Source of the DNA: Octopus vulgaris
Lineage: Eukaryota
Direction of reading: 5' to 3'
NCBI GenBank assembly: GCA_951406725.2
Contig: OX597825.1
Coordinates: 8,742,001 to 8,806,000 of the forward strand
DNA: 64,000 bases
How positions within the stretch are numbered: position 1 is the first letter of the stretch; the number at the start of each line of letters is the position of its first letter. Positions 40,687 to 56,001 of the stretch are shown piece by piece. The notes under the pieces were generated by a model. The model had not been told where the DNA came from, made no database searches, and worked only from the letters and a program-made list of their open reading frames with translations. The position numbers and the translations under genes are program-made.

Positions 40687-43445
40687 TAGGTATATTAAAT
40701 GAAGAAACAAAAGCATCATCGAAATACAAAATACAGAAATAAAGAAACAGACTCAGAAAGTGCCAAATTATCTATAAATTACTACTATATCTTCATGGCC
40801 AGATTATAAGGAAGAAAGAGAAATGCGGCACAAAGAATAAAATTAAATGTTTAGAAATAATAATGTGTTAGAAGTTCTAAAGACATTTCATTTCCGTGCT
40901 TAGCTGTTTGCTAGAAAAGGATATATTATATATGTTACACACTCTGGCACCATTCCACAATGGAATCAGCTTTTATAGAAAGTTAATTTATGACATCCTA
41001 GCTTTTATATACGCTTTTAAAACAATTAGAAATATAAGCTAGTAGCTGAAGAAGTTAGTACAGAAGTTAGTATGTAATTTATCGATAACTTCGCGATTTT
41101 TGTGTCTATTCCGTTCTTGTGTTTTGTATTTTGTTTCGGCTTAGTTTTCTCTTTAAATTGTTGAAAATAGCACACTGCTTTCGGTGTTGATTCTCATAGA
41201 GAATGAAATGATATTAAGTCCGAACAGGTGATTATTTAAAATATTCACCTGAAGAAACACATCTCACACATTTGATGGATAATTGTCATTACACAATATG
41301 TTGATTATATAATCTCGCCAATGAACTAGGGGTGCAGCGGTCTGTGGATAAAACTGCAGGATTTTGAATTAAAAAATGCAGATTATTCCGTTTTCTATTA
41401 TCCTTGTATTTATTTATATATATATATATATATATACATATTTCAGATCTTTATCTCTAAAAAAAGGTTCAAAGAGATGATACGTAAGCATATGTATTGG
41501 TATTTAGATACTACATATTGAATGTTTTTTTGAACCTATCGGTTCGAGTTTGCATATTGATAGATACATAATACGAGCACAAATTTGACATACACTTAAG
41601 TCACATTGTTACAAAAGAAAAACTCATACAAATACCAGACAAAATTGAGCATAGCTTTGCGTGTGTTTTTCTACATGTATCACAGGCACACAGATACACA
41701 CACGCAGTCACACATACACACAATGTATATTATTCGTTGAAACAAAACACGTTTACATAACAAACCCTAATCCAGATGGCGCATTTGTAAGGAAATGCAA
41801 ATGGGACGAATGAAACCTGGGAAATTTAATGCTATATTAAGATTCTTTAGAAACAGAGTACACATATGAAGTAGCTATATATATTTTGACCTTGAAAATA
41901 ATGTTTTTGGCAATACATCGAAGGCCAGAGGAGAATAGAAGGCAAAACAACGCGATGAATATCCACTTCAAAAACCATCTCTTTAGGACCTACAACTTTT
42001 CCGACGGCATACTAAAGTAGGAATGATAATATATTTGATATTGTTATTATTGCCTTAAAATACATTTCAGGCATAGAATATATTATGCGTTTACATTTCC
42101 ACTTATGATCCGTTTCTTCAAATATACGTTTACCGTAAACAGGTTCGTCTTAACATATAATATGCATCTTTGCATTTATATCTGATAAGGAGTTAAGGAG
42201 AAATAGGTATAGTGAAAAATTAAGATAATTTTCGAGATTATTCCGTTATATTATAATTTCATATGTCAAACATTCGGTAAAGAAGTCTCAAATTAATTGT
42301 ACAAAATTGTGGAACAGTACGTGAGATATTTCGCATGCTCTAGAGAATATATAACTGTGAGTCATTACTAAGCGACGGCATGCACCTCTTGGAAAATATA
42401 TCAAGAGAGAAATATTAACGAAATTATACTGCAAATATATTTCTTCTTTTATCTGTATTTAGCATATAAAGTGCTCTTTATGAATTCTAGCATTACTTAT
42501 TAATTTACTTTCACCAAGCAGATTTTCAAATGGTAAAAATGATTTAATATTAATGCTGCGATAACATTTCTTGGGTTTCATAACCACTATACAATTGATA
42601 AAGACGCAAGTAACGGATAAACGAATACTGTATGCGTAAAACACACACACACATAGACACACATGTGTGTGTACGTATATATATATATATTCATGTAAAC
42701 ACAAATATGTGAATATATATGTGTGTTTGTGCATGTGTATGTGAGTATATGGGTGTGTAAAAATGAATGTGATTTAAAAAAAACAAATGGATTTTGTAGG
42801 CATTACTTTTTACTATTTGAAATAGTTTAAATTGCATATGGCGCTTGAATAATACTTCCGTTGTGCAAAAGTTTTAAACACTGATGCATTAATCTATTTA
42901 CTGCATTAGTGAACACAATTCTCGAATCCTCACTGAAACTGTTCGATCTGTTGAATTCATTTCTTACCAGCCATTGTTATCTTGTCTCTGTCATCTAATG
43001 AAGACGGTTCTTTATTGGATAGAATAAATGGAAATCAGGCGGTAATTCATTCCTGAACTATGCTGGATGAGAGATATCGGGCAAGTTAAAGTTTATAATT
43101 GCTGGAGTCGTTCATTTTCTGGGTGTTCACATGTTGACATAGCAAATAGGGATTTTCATATATTGCTTTTGGTAGAAACCTCCTGATGAGCTTGTTAGCG
43201 ACTACTATACAAAACCCTGATCGTATCCCAGGCAAACCCCTCAAAATCGACAACAATGGCTTCATTCTTATCGAGAAATCAATTCCCATACCATTTGGTA
43301 GGAATTGAAGATGTATCTTACTACTCATTAAACTGGGCCGCCGTTTCCTTACAGTGTAAGGCTGATGGTGTAAGGCTTACACCATCAGTCTTACTGCAAA
43401 TCAAATTTACTACGCTATTTGTCTGTTATTAATATATATTGTGGA

Positions 43446-43832
43446 AGGCGGTGGGCTGGCAGAAATTTTAGCATGCCGGGCGAAATGCTTTGCGGTATTT
43501 CGTCTGCCGCTACGTTCTGAGATCAAATTCCGCCGAGGTCGACTTTGCCTTTCATCCTTTCGGGGTCGATTAAATAAGTACCAGTTACGCACTGGGGTCC
43601 ATATAATCGACTTAATCCGTTTGTCAGTCCTTGTTTGTCCTCTCTGCGTGTAGCCCCTTGTGGATAGTAAACAAATAGGTATGTCATCTGCCGCTACGTT
43701 TTGAGTTCAAATTCCGCCGAGGTCGAATTTGCCTTTCATGCTTTTATAAATTAAGTACCAGTTGCGTACTAATCGGTCTAATCGACTGGCCCCTTTCCCC
43801 CAAATTACGGGCCTTGTGTCTAGAGTAGAAGA
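43446..43832 (+). mobile_element. Meta-like SINE dimer
   Basis: Same dimeric layout and second-unit tail as 1545-1921. Confidence 0.9.
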
Positions 43833-44275
43833 GAATAATATTTTTTATTGAGACATTGTGTTGAAGTAGATGCCATTCATAAAACCTCTCGAAGCATCAA
43901 TGCATGTCATTCTCAAAATCCGCTACAGGGAATTTTTCATCTGCTTACGATATACAATTCGTTTTCATACCTCTGTAAGTATAGCCTTGTCTAGCTTTTA
44001 GCTGTTTTTCTCAGGTAATCGAATTTCATAAATGACTTCCTAATTGCTCCAAATTTTCAGTTCACAAAAATATATAATCCAGCAGCGCCTACCTGTTTCT
44101 ATGTAAAAACAAAATTCAACGACGCAGATGTCTTGTGGGGACGTGAAATAAATTGATTATGTGTCACCTACGATTTGCTTCCTCGCACGTTTAAGAACTT
44201 CGGATTTTCATTTTACACTTGATAAACTCAGAGACATTTATACTATACTTATATAACGGGAAGCTTATATATATA

Positions 44276-44316
<41 letters not shown>

Positions 44317-45771
44317 GGGGGGGGTGAATGTGTGTGTATGCATGAACGTGTGCGTATGTGTGCGTCTGTGTGTGCGTGTGGGTGTGTATGTATGTATGTA
44401 TGTATGTATGTTTGTGAGTGAATTGAAGATGTTGGACAATAGCAAACACAACATGACGACACTGGTGATACGGTTCGAGAGATATTGTATGAGTACAACA
44501 AGGAATTAGAGATCATGAGGTTTCGAAGGCAGGTTTCTCTAACAGTAGAAAATTATAGAAGGCAGTGCAGAGGGGGAAGTGATTATACATGTATATAGAG
44601 ACATACAGTACCCTTAGTAAAATTAGTAAAGACGCAAATACTACGTACTCTGGTACTTCACATTCGACACGATGGAGTGTTGTACCATTATTAGTACTAA
44701 CCTACAAAATTGTTTTTAGTCAATCGAAGTTTTTAATAACTGTGAACTCTACACACTAAATATTTTTAATACTTTTAGCTGATAGAATTAACTAATAAAT
44801 ATTCTGAACCGATTTGGAGATATACTAACGATATACGAGATATATTTATCTCAAATATAATGCTAAGATATTTGTTCGAAGCTGTTGAAATGCATATTAA
44901 TGTGCGCTGAGAAACTTTCAGAAGATTTTCTGATTTTTGAAATTAATTTACTGTAAAAGATATGTCAGATTATGATGTAATGTTTTTGAGAATAGATAAG
45001 AAAAAACATCGATTTAATGAGCAAATGTTTCATGTCAAACCGCTTCCCAAACTGTCGATCATGGAGTAAGTGAAACGAATTTCGATGTAATATGCATACA
45101 ATCATACATAATACGTACAAATATACATATATGTATAGGACGAGATCTGTAGCCTAGACATCCAAACTAGACATCCAACAGTGGTACCGACAGGGTAAAT
45201 GCGAGACGAAGTGATGGCCGTTGTTAAGCTCAGTCAAAGTTAACTCCATTTTTTTCTGATTTGACACTGTTTTCTCTCCCGTTTCAACATTTTCGATGCC
45301 TGTTAGACGTAAATCACATTACTAATTAATCGATGAAGGTCTCCCGTGAGGGTGAACCAAATTGTTTAACTACATTGTTGAATTGTTAGTTGTAGTTTTT
45401 TCGCCTGAGAATCTATAATTATTTTCTTTAAAGTGGTGAAAAAAGTAAGTGAATATTTGGAATTTTAATGACACTAAAACTGATACAAAATAGGGAAAAA
45501 GAGAAAAAAAAGGAAAAAATGATATAAAAATGTTTTAACTAAAACATTTAAAATGACACTGCTTGTGGGTGGGGAGCATGCAGCCATTTCATTTCCATTA
45601 TAATTCAACCTTCATTCGATTATTATGTGTTGTTTGTCCCAACTGTGGTGTGGCCGTAGTGCCGAATAACGAAAGAAGTTAAGGTCAGTCAAACAGCCGT
45701 TAAACGTCGCATTGCATTAATGTGTAGTGATGTCTACTGTGGTTGTCCATACATTTGTTTAATAAATGAAA

Positions 45772-46166
45772 TCTTTATATATAAAAGAGAGGTTGTGTGC
45801 TGTCTGTCTCCTACGATTTAGATTCCTAACTACTCCCACATTTTGCGGTGCAGTTTAACCAAAACCGGGTATCTTATAGTCGTGATTCATATCAAGCCCT
45901 TCTGGGTATTAACGCGCGTCTACGATGAGTCTACGATTTAAAAAAAAAATTACCATTAATTTTTCCCATTTTTAATGCATTTTTGGCATATATAAGGGAA
46001 GTAACTCTCTAAAAATGTATAATTAAATCTCAGAACGTAAAAAGCCACAGTAACACCCCCTTTGTGGTTAGCCATATTGAGATGGCTATTATACTTTACA
46101 TCTCTAAAAAATGCTTATATAGTTATTTCCCTTACAAACCCGAGCAACGCCGGGCGATACTGCTAG
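45772..46166 (+). mobile_element. Non-autonomous Helitron
   Basis: A^TCTTTATATATAAAAG…CCCGAGCAACGCCGGGCGATACTGCTAG^T. Confidence 0.9.
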
Positions 46167-46784
46167 TATACAATAAATATAAAGATGAAAATTCGAGACA
46201 ATTGAAACATTTTGGACAGCTCAAAAAAAAGCCTGGTCGTCAGTTTGTGTTACATTTTGTGGATGCGTAACGTAGGGCAAGTGGTATGATATTCAGTAGG
46301 CGTCAAAATAGATTTGTAAGTCAGATTAATAATAAAGTTAACAAAAAAAAAAACGAAAAATAACAAAACTTACGTTCACCATCTTTCAAATGCTAAATCT
46401 ATAGCTAATAAAACCCTGTGTATACGAGATGTTGATAAGGTAAAAAGAGCAAAGACGCAGTTAGATAAGAAATACAGAAAACGCGTAAATACAGATTTTT
46501 AGTAAGAACGAAATAAAAAAAAAAATATCATTACAACGAACTAAATCAGTCCGATTCTGATGAAAAAGGTATAACCGGATCTACACAGAAATATTAACAT
46601 TTGCATTTGCGTTTAAGGCAAAATATAGGATATAGCGTATAGCTCCCGTCTAGATGTAGTCTAACCGCATAGTGCTATCTCTGTGGGATGGCTAGTTTCG
46701 TCGTTGAAAGCCCGACAGCTGTGCTTCGATTTTGCGGCTTCAATAATGATAGTGGTGAAGATGCGAATGTTATTGTTGTTGTTA

Positions 46785-46860
<76 letters not shown>

Positions 46861-46863
<3 letters not shown>

Positions 46864-47020
46864 TAGTTTTATTTTTATAGCGTGCTTTTCACTTCACTAC
46901 CGAGCGCAGCTCTGTGTGCCTTGGGTATGTGCTGTGATTTGTTGTGATGCTCTGATGGTTATTGTATGGAAAGTGTTCTGCGTAGGATGTGTGCAGTGCT
47001 TAGTAGTGCAATTTTCTGTA

Positions 47021-47024
<4 letters not shown>
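46861..47024 (-). mobile_element. 3' end of Dong/R4-type retrotransposon
   Basis: NIQKIALLSTAHILRRTLSIQ* plus 3' UTR; within (TTA)n. Confidence 0.85.
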
Positions 47025-47086
<62 letters not shown>

Positions 47087-48116
47087 CATTACTACTGCAT
47101 TTATTTGACTTTATTTGAAACAAATATCAATTGAATCTTTGTAGACCATATTTAGATAGGTCGCTAATCACTAAACATCGATTATTTAATTTCAAGTATT
47201 TATACAGGTTTGTAAATGTTACTACCTACTAATAAAATTCTTCTCATTAAAATCAAACGATTCATTACTTTGGCCATCACATTCTTTTTGATTATCGTTC
47301 TGTCAGTATTGGCACATTTACCACTACAGGCTGCAATCGTAACGCACAGATGCTGGAACGAGATTAAATTTGTATCTCTACAGCTCTATCTTTAAACATA
47401 TTACCAAATATTGACTTAATGATTGTATTCCACAGCCATGCTCATCTTAATTTTTTAGCTGCTAATATGTTATTTTCGACGACGGCCACTGAATGTATGC
47501 ATATTTAAATGGCATAAGACCTATACATGAAGTAAGAATGAAAGCAATGCTCACCAAGTATGTATTTTGAAAATACACATCTCATAGTTGCTTATTATGT
47601 CTAATCTGGAATGATAAACATCATAGTTAACCCATCCAAAATTCATATTAAAAAAAAAAATAAGAATAACAACCGGAATTATACATATAATTACCGAGGC
47701 CCAAATGATGAAAACTCTAGATACGAAATTAATTATGACATGATTTCCATATTTTTCATAAAGAAAAATTGAAAAAACTATCTCACACAATTCATAACAT
47801 AAAAATTAATATAAATTATATATATATCTGAGGAGATTTGAAGAAATACGTATCGTTATATTGAGTAATTTGAATGATTTGCAGTTGTTTGAAATGTGTG
47901 TGTGTGTGTGTGTGTGGTGTGTGTATGTGTGCATGCACGTGCGTGCGTGCGTGTTTCTATTACGTGGTTTCTTGGACAATATGGTTTGTTCTTCCAGGAA
48001 AATGGCATTGAAAGTTATTTAGAATACTGTGAGTGCCTTTCCGAGTGTAATTTTCCCAATTCTAAGATTTTCGTTCACATTATTTGCATATATAAGATAG
48101 GTAAATAAATGTAGAT

Positions 48117-48171
<55 letters not shown>

Positions 48172-48581
48172 ACACCAAACTATATAGCAGTGACTAATTT
48201 AAACCAGGCATTTTGCTTGCAGGTAAAATAGATTGTAAATATCGATATGTTATACTTGCTGATGTTAGCAATAAGCTACTTTCTGTTTTCCTGTATGTCA
48301 GAACGAGATCATCCACTCTCTCGAAGTCTTACTGCAAATATCTAAATTGCAAATTAGATTACCTCTATCTTCGGTTGCATGCAAAACAAAAAGCAAAAAA
48401 TTACTGAGCGTCGGCACATTACGTTAATGTAACTTGAATTCTACATTTCAGTGCATCTAGTGATCGGTCGCAGAGCTTCATATACAAATTGACCGTACTG
48501 AAAACTTGTACAAGGGGTGGAATGCTATGTATCCCATGACATATGGGAATCCTTGTAAATCTATATTGAAAATCATTTGTT

Positions 48582-48755
48582 GTGGCAGTGTGGTAAGTAG
48601 CTTGCTTGCCAACCATATGGTTCCGGGTTCAGACGCACTGCGTGACACCTTGGGCAATTCTCTTCTACTATAGCCTCGGGCCGACCAAAGCGTTGTGAGT
48701 GGATTTGGTAGATGGAAACTGAAAGAAGCCCGTCGTATATATATATATATATATA

Positions 48756-48795
<40 letters not shown>

Positions 48796-49057
48796 GTATG
48801 CGTGTGTGTGTGCGTGTGTGTGTGTGTGCGGGTGTGTGTGCGTGTATGTATGTGTGTCTGTGTTTGTCCATCTACCATCAGACGGTGGTGTGCTTACGTC
48901 CCCGTAACTTAGCGGCTCGGCTAAAGATACCGATAGAATAAGTACTAGGCTTCCAAAGAATAAGTTCTGGGGTCGATTTGCTCGACTACAGGCGGTGCCC
49001 CAGCATAGCCGTAGTTAAATGACTGACACAAGTATGAGATATAAAAGAATAAAAGAG
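48582..49057 (+). mobile_element. CORE-like SINE
   Basis: Same family; long internal (TG)n. Confidence 0.9.
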
Positions 49058-49090
49058 AACACAAATTCAAACTTACAGAGACATGTAGGT

Positions 49091-49129
<39 letters not shown>

Positions 49130-49130
<1 letters not shown>

Positions 49131-49327
49131 CCTCGTGTGTACCGTTGGCGATTTTGTGTCCTCTGTCTTCCCTTCTCTGGATCTTTCCTTCTCTTATGTT
49201 TGCGACGAAGAGCTCCGCTCGAAACGTTAAACCCTCCTTCTTTCCTTCTTTCCTGAGCGTCCAATAATACTATATTTGTTCCACATCTTCGCGTTGTTGT
49301 GTTGTTTTTGTGCTTTCTTGTTTGGAT

Positions 49328-49335
<8 letters not shown>
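49130..49335 (+). mobile_element. TA-embedded hammerhead-bearing repeat (copy 2)
   Basis: Matches 4812-5008; motif GTTT-GCGACGA-A-GAGC-TCC-GCTC-GAAAC-GTT-AAAC at 49198-49232. Confidence 0.75.
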
Positions 49336-49389
<54 letters not shown>

Positions 49390-49423
49390 CATACACACAC
49401 ACACATATAGATAGATAGGTAGG

Positions 49424-49483
<60 letters not shown>

Positions 49484-51332
49484 GATAGTGCGATATGTCT
49501 GTATGTCTCTGTGTATGTGTATGTGTGTATGTTTGTGTGTGCGAATTTTGTGTGTAGTGTTTTCTCTGTTGTATATGAATGATCAAATGTGTTAATACAA
49601 TTCAATTATAAATGTTTAAGGAATTTCATATCGTCTCTAAAAAAAAATTATGTTAACTTGAGTTTCTTTCTGTACCAACTTTTGTCTTTCCCAGATAAAT
49701 AAAGAAAAGCAACATTGCCATTACTGCATAGGAAAAAGAAAATGTATCTCCAATAAATGCAAGGAAACAGAAGCATCTACAGAATATTTAAACTTAAAAT
49801 GTCTTAACTCCGTAGTTTGAGAACTACTTCAGAAGTTTTCAACAACATCTTTCAATTCCTAGAAGCTACGTAAAATTATGGATAGTGAATGACAGCCCGT
49901 CTAGAGGTGAGGATTCAGGGAGGGGAGGGAAGAGGCTGAAGTACATCTAATATAATCCCTCCCGGTTAATAATTGAAGTTGAAGACAAATTGTGTAACAT
50001 GCTTATTTGAAATAAATGGATTCCATGAGAAGTCGTTAGATAATCGATATATCACGATATATAAACTATTCTCCTTTGTATTGTAATAAAAACAATCTAA
50101 ACCCCTGAAACTCTAACTTCTAACTCTTGAACGGAACTCGCTGAGTGAGAAGTTCTTAACCGAACGAAATTGAAAGTCGAAATACGAAACAGCTTGGGAT
50201 TCTAATGCACTGGTGCGTTGTCCAGAGAACTCCACATTGTACTTCAATTTAAAATTCTCTTCATTGTGGTTAAGAGGAAAATGGACGAAGAATTGCAATC
50301 ATAATATCTTCCTGTCTGAATACAGTTATGAAAGAATGTACATTAATATATATCTTAAACTGTTCACCAAAAACTCGTAAAGATTCACTAGACAAGTCGG
50401 AATCTTGCATAATCGAAATATAGTTGCTTAAATTGTCAGATACGAGTTAAATATCGAGGTGTTCAATAGAAATGTCACTCAAATATCTATCTTATTGCCA
50501 TATCGTATAATAGATTTTCGTCAACGATAAATAGAAAACTATATATTTGTATATCAAATTAAACGGACTTCACGAAACCGTTCCACGTCTACTAAAACAG
50601 TTATTGACGAACAGATAATTGTAAGGCACATTCGTGTTTGTTTTTGTGCCTTCTTTTTTGTGACTTCTTTTTTGATACCGAAATTACCAATTAAACACAA
50701 TCCGTGTACTATATTAAAAGAACAGCAGGAACCCTATATTCTAGTATCTCTTGATTAAAGACTGGCATTTGTTTACCATCGAAATTCTTAACTGTTGCAT
50801 TCACAGTGTGAAGCTGCAATCATTCTAACTAAACGTTAGACAATTCTCACTTTATTTCCCAAATGCCAGCTTGCGTTCCTAGAACACATTAAAATTGGAC
50901 TTCTGGTATTATTATATCTTTGTAATCCTTATACTATTAAATATACTGACAAGAATTTATGAGGAGAGAAATTTCATATTTATTCGCCTTAGATTTTTCT
51001 GAGTGTGGAATACATTTAGAACATGAGGCTTCAACCGCAGCTGTTCGGGTATTTGGAATGGCCAAACAGCCACTACGCGAAGGAAACCGATGTAGAATCT
51101 ATTGATTTTACATTTACCAGGCTGACGTTTTCGTAGCGGAAAAGCACTGGTGCACGAGTCATACAGCAAATATTTAAAGCACATATATTTGTCTCTCTTA
51201 CTCTTTCACCCTCTAGAACACGCTCTCTCACCCTGTGTCTATTTCTCTCTCTTTATATATATATATGTGTGTGCGAGTGCGTATGCGTGCGTGTGTATCG
51301 CGCGCGTATGTGTATGTTTGTGTGTGTGTATG

Positions 51333-51371
<39 letters not shown>

Positions 51372-51418
51372 ATATATGTGCGCGTGTATGTGTCTGTATG
51401 TATATGTATATATGTACA

Positions 51419-51458
<40 letters not shown>

Positions 51459-52067
51459 ATAGGTATATATACATATATGTCTATATCTATCTATCTATAT
51501 ATATGTATGTATATGTATATATATGTGTGTGTGTATGTGTGTGTGTGTTTGGGTGAGTGCTTGTGCGTGTGTGCATATTTAATCGTTATGAGACCTTGTA
51601 TGTGTATCTTTACTACAGATATTATTTGTGCGAAAAAGTATCCGAATGGCGCACACACGTTCTAGTAAGTATTTGGCAACGGGATTTTAATAACTATTGG
51701 CTCCAGCCTGTCCTCATATATGGCACGAACGCCAAAAGAGAATCTATATTGAAAGAACAAAAAAAAAAAAAAGCAACAACAGTTAAGACAACGAGTTATC
51801 GGTGAACAGCTACAAGTTCAGCCGAACGTCGAGCAACCAAGTAATCATCATTGATTAAGAAAAATTAGGGAAGGAAAAATATAAATCTCGTATTATACTG
51901 AATGTTGTTCTCCTGCCAATAACCGATTCCCTTTTTGTCTTCCTTCTTTTATGCTCTCTGCATGAAATTGCCTTTTCTATCATAATTTTAAAGAAATAAT
52001 GTTCCCACCTCACAAATATTCTATGATTACATCTAACGTTCTAGCCAGGCCTATATAGATACTAGAC

Positions 52068-52174
<107 letters not shown>

Positions 52175-52183
52175 AAGTTTCTA

Positions 52184-52219
<36 letters not shown>

Positions 52220-52260
52220 TGCTTTCATGTACACGCGCATACACATACAGGCACATACAT

Positions 52261-52303
<43 letters not shown>

Positions 52304-52316
52304 TACACACACATGC

Positions 52317-52359
<43 letters not shown>

Positions 52360-53304
52360 AGATTTACATTTAAGCAAGTGCGTATTCAGATATAATTACA
52401 TGTATATATATGCATCAATATGTGTCAATATTTTATATGATTTATACGTACATACACGCACATACACAGTTAGATATAGGTAGCTGGAGATACATGTATA
52501 GATGTATAAATGAATATTTGTATGCATTTGTATATGTATGTACGTAGATTTGCTAAAGACAAGAAGATCCTTCAGGCAATTTTGTTATGAAATATCAGAT
52601 GCAAGATAACAATAATTATATTTGACAACATTCGTTTCCCTGTAGGCCTTAGGAAAAACGATATTGGTCAAGGAATAATTCAGGTTTCGTCTTTACATTT
52701 CATAGAATCTCATTCTCTGCAGGCCAATTCTCTTTCAGAAGCAAATATTTTGTTATATTCTCCTAATTCTTGACAGCACGTACCAAGTAATAAACTTGAT
52801 CAGATTTCTTTTTTTTAATTTTCTTTTCCTTTGAAATCTGCGATCAATTTCAGGTTACCAATAGAAATATTTTCATGTCACTTTCAATAGAAACTATTAA
52901 GTCGGAATTTAAGTAAACCCATACTCTTCTCCACATAAATATGCTTATGATATAAAATGTGTAGGTGTGCGTAACTGTGTGGACGTGTGCTTTATTCATT
53001 CGGATACATAAATATACCCGTGCAAATATTTATACATACCTACGTACGTAGTTTCTGTAATCAACCACTGAATACCTCAAATAAACAACACATAACGTAG
53101 CATAATTTACCGAGAGAATAAAAGATATATATAAAGTTGACGCTATAATTTATACGCACACTCACATACATATATATATACTTAGATACGTACGAGTATA
53201 CATGCATATGCATGCTCACACACACACACATGTTTATATGTTTACACATATGTACGTGTGTGCATGTGAGAGCGTGTATACATATATACATACATATATA
53301 TATA

Positions 53305-53386
<82 letters not shown>

Positions 53387-53453
53387 CGTATATATATATA
53401 TACATATATATATGTATATATATATATATACATACATATTTATATATGTATAT

Positions 53454-53517
<64 letters not shown>

Positions 53518-54885
53518 AGCTGAGCATGTGTATATCATTGGGTGTGTATGTATGTACCTCTGCGTGTATGTATTTATTATGTGTGTGTTTCTGTGTTTGA
53601 GTGAAATAAACAGAGAGAAACTACATTTAGATAATACGAATAAAAGCTGGAGAGTATTGCATAATATAATAGAAGAAAAATATCTGTAAATTCACATGAA
53701 GTTATTCATTGATAACACGTATATTTCACTGGTCGGTTGATAAAATGAACCGTTTGAAGCAGAGTCGAGATAAACATCATAAAATTTGAAGGTAGAATTA
53801 TTCATCACACTTATTTGGAGAGACATAAACATTCGGGTCACAACGTCTTGCCGTGGAAGCTACGAAAACATTTTAATTACCATATAAATTTATTTCATCA
53901 CTCAATCCATGGAGTGAAGTGTAGCATATTTCAAATAAATATTCGTTTAATCGCCTCTCTCAATAATCTTTTCGTGTAACCTTGAATTGAATTTTATAAC
54001 ATTTGAATTTTCAGTCATGTAGTAAACTTACTTCATTCGTCTATGTTTTTGATACTGTTATTAAGGTACTAAACATATTTTTTCTTTATAAATGTTGTAG
54101 AAATATATTTTAGCTGACCAGTTCAAGACATTAGAGATAGGCCGCGTTTTATGATGAATTTCTATGCTGGCTAGTAACAGAGAAAATTATCTCTTGCTGC
54201 ACAGCTCCCTGGACACTCAATCTAGTTTTCCCTTTAACAGTAGTACGGGTGGAATGTGAATCTTTTTGGGTGTGTAGGACGGTTGGTGCACAAAACCACG
54301 GTTACCTTTCTTTCGGACATCTGTTGATAATTATGTTCCGCTGCAGCACTTGACCGCTGTAACAATACAGAATTATGTTTGGTAAAATAACACCTGGTGT
54401 TAAATAAACACAACAATGTGAATAGCCCGTTACTCTTATGGTTATGAAATGAGCGGCAATTATTATTAGGTAATAAATTATTATAAATATATAAATTATT
54501 AGGTATTTTGTGTCGATACAGTGAATAAGATGTCGTATTCCTGTACGCGTAGTATAAGAATATATAAATGGATGTTTAAATCAGGCAAAGAATTTATCTG
54601 TTTTTTAACTTAGCAGCTATAGTAAGTTTTCAGTATAGCTACACATACAATCAGACAATAGTTATTATGTATTGATATATTCAGAGAACGTTAACGTGTG
54701 TGTGAGGGGTATGATTCCTTTCTCAGTCCCTTAATATTTCAGTAAAGCGCATTAACATAGTTTATATTTGTCGTTTCCTTGACCGCCGAACACAATGGTC
54801 CTTGCATGTATGTGTGTGTTTGTGCGCGCATGTGTGTGTGCATGTAAGTGTGTGTTCCACTGCAGTACTGTGTTTATGTATGCGC

Positions 54886-54930
<45 letters not shown>

Positions 54931-55617
54931 TGTGTGTGTGAGTGTGTGCCCCTGTGCGTATATGCGTAGGACATCACAATAATTGCAATCGACAATATAT
55001 CGGGTGATAAAGCTCACAAAACTGTTTATTACCTAAATATGACAGAGGAAATTCTTGATGAATAATTTAAGCTATACGCAACAAAGCAAGTGTAAAAGAA
55101 ATCAGTTAAAGAAAGAAATAATATATGAACGGATGTAATTTCAAATTCCGTTTTTATGCTTACCTGATGCGGAGGTATACAATTTTGAACATATCGAATT
55201 CACAGAAGGTAAAAGTGAATAAACATTGTAGGCAACCTGAGACAGGTCTCTAGAGAAACATCAATTAATCATACCTATTGTACGACATTTACCTACAATA
55301 AGCAATTTTCTGACCATATCATATGCTCCATATACGAGAAGTGATATGACGCAGAGATGGATGCATTTATCCTGAACAGAGAAAAGCTCTGCTGACAAGA
55401 TGGAAGCATGTAAAGCACACATTCGATGGCTTGTTGACAGATATTCTATCGAAATAACCACTTCAACCTCTGTGGTTTGTCTTTATATCAATTTTCTATA
55501 CATTAGATACATGTTTCGCACAATAGGTAACTGAACATGATGTAATATCTCGAATGATAACGTAACTAAATAATGATTTATTTGTAATTCCGTTCTAAGA
55601 ATATGTAATATACTGTC

Positions 55618-56001
55618 GAGGCGCAATGGCCGAGTGGTTAGGGCAGCGGACTCGCGGTCATAGGATCGCGGTTTCGATTCCCAGACCGGGCGTTGTGAGT
55701 GTTTATTGAGCGAAAACACCTAAAGCTCCACGAGGCTCCGGCAGGGGATGGTGGTGATCCCTACTGTACTCTTTCACCACAACTTTCTCTCACTCTTACT
55801 CCCTGTTTCTGTTGTACCTGTATTTCAAAGGGCCGGCCTTGTCACTCTCTGTGTCACGCTGAATATCCCTGAGAACTACGTTAAGGATGCACGTGTCTGT
55901 GGAGTGCTCAGCCACTTACACGTTAATTTCACGAGCAGGCGGTTCCGTTGATTCGGATAAACCGGAACCCTCGTCGTCGTAATCGACGGAGTGCTTCCAC
56001 C
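55618..56001 (+). mobile_element. tRNA-derived SINE (third family) with perfect 11-bp TSD
   Basis: TSD AATATACTGTC at 55607-55617 and 56002-56012; A/B boxes TGGCCGAGTGG and GGTTTCGATTCC. Confidence 0.93.

Noticed and set aside
43181-43210. CTGATGA-GCT-TGTT-AGC hammerhead half-site
   Set aside because: Followed by GACT rather than GAAA, with no stem I or III
55164-55372. Two possible minus-strand exons with good splice signals
   Set aside because: Implied intron of only ~35-50 nt and no recognisable peptide
55618-55690. tRNA-like sequences (also at SINE heads 34725-34796, 56831, 11070-11145)
   Set aside because: They are heads of multi-copy SINEs with bodies, tails and in several cases TSDs, not tRNA genes
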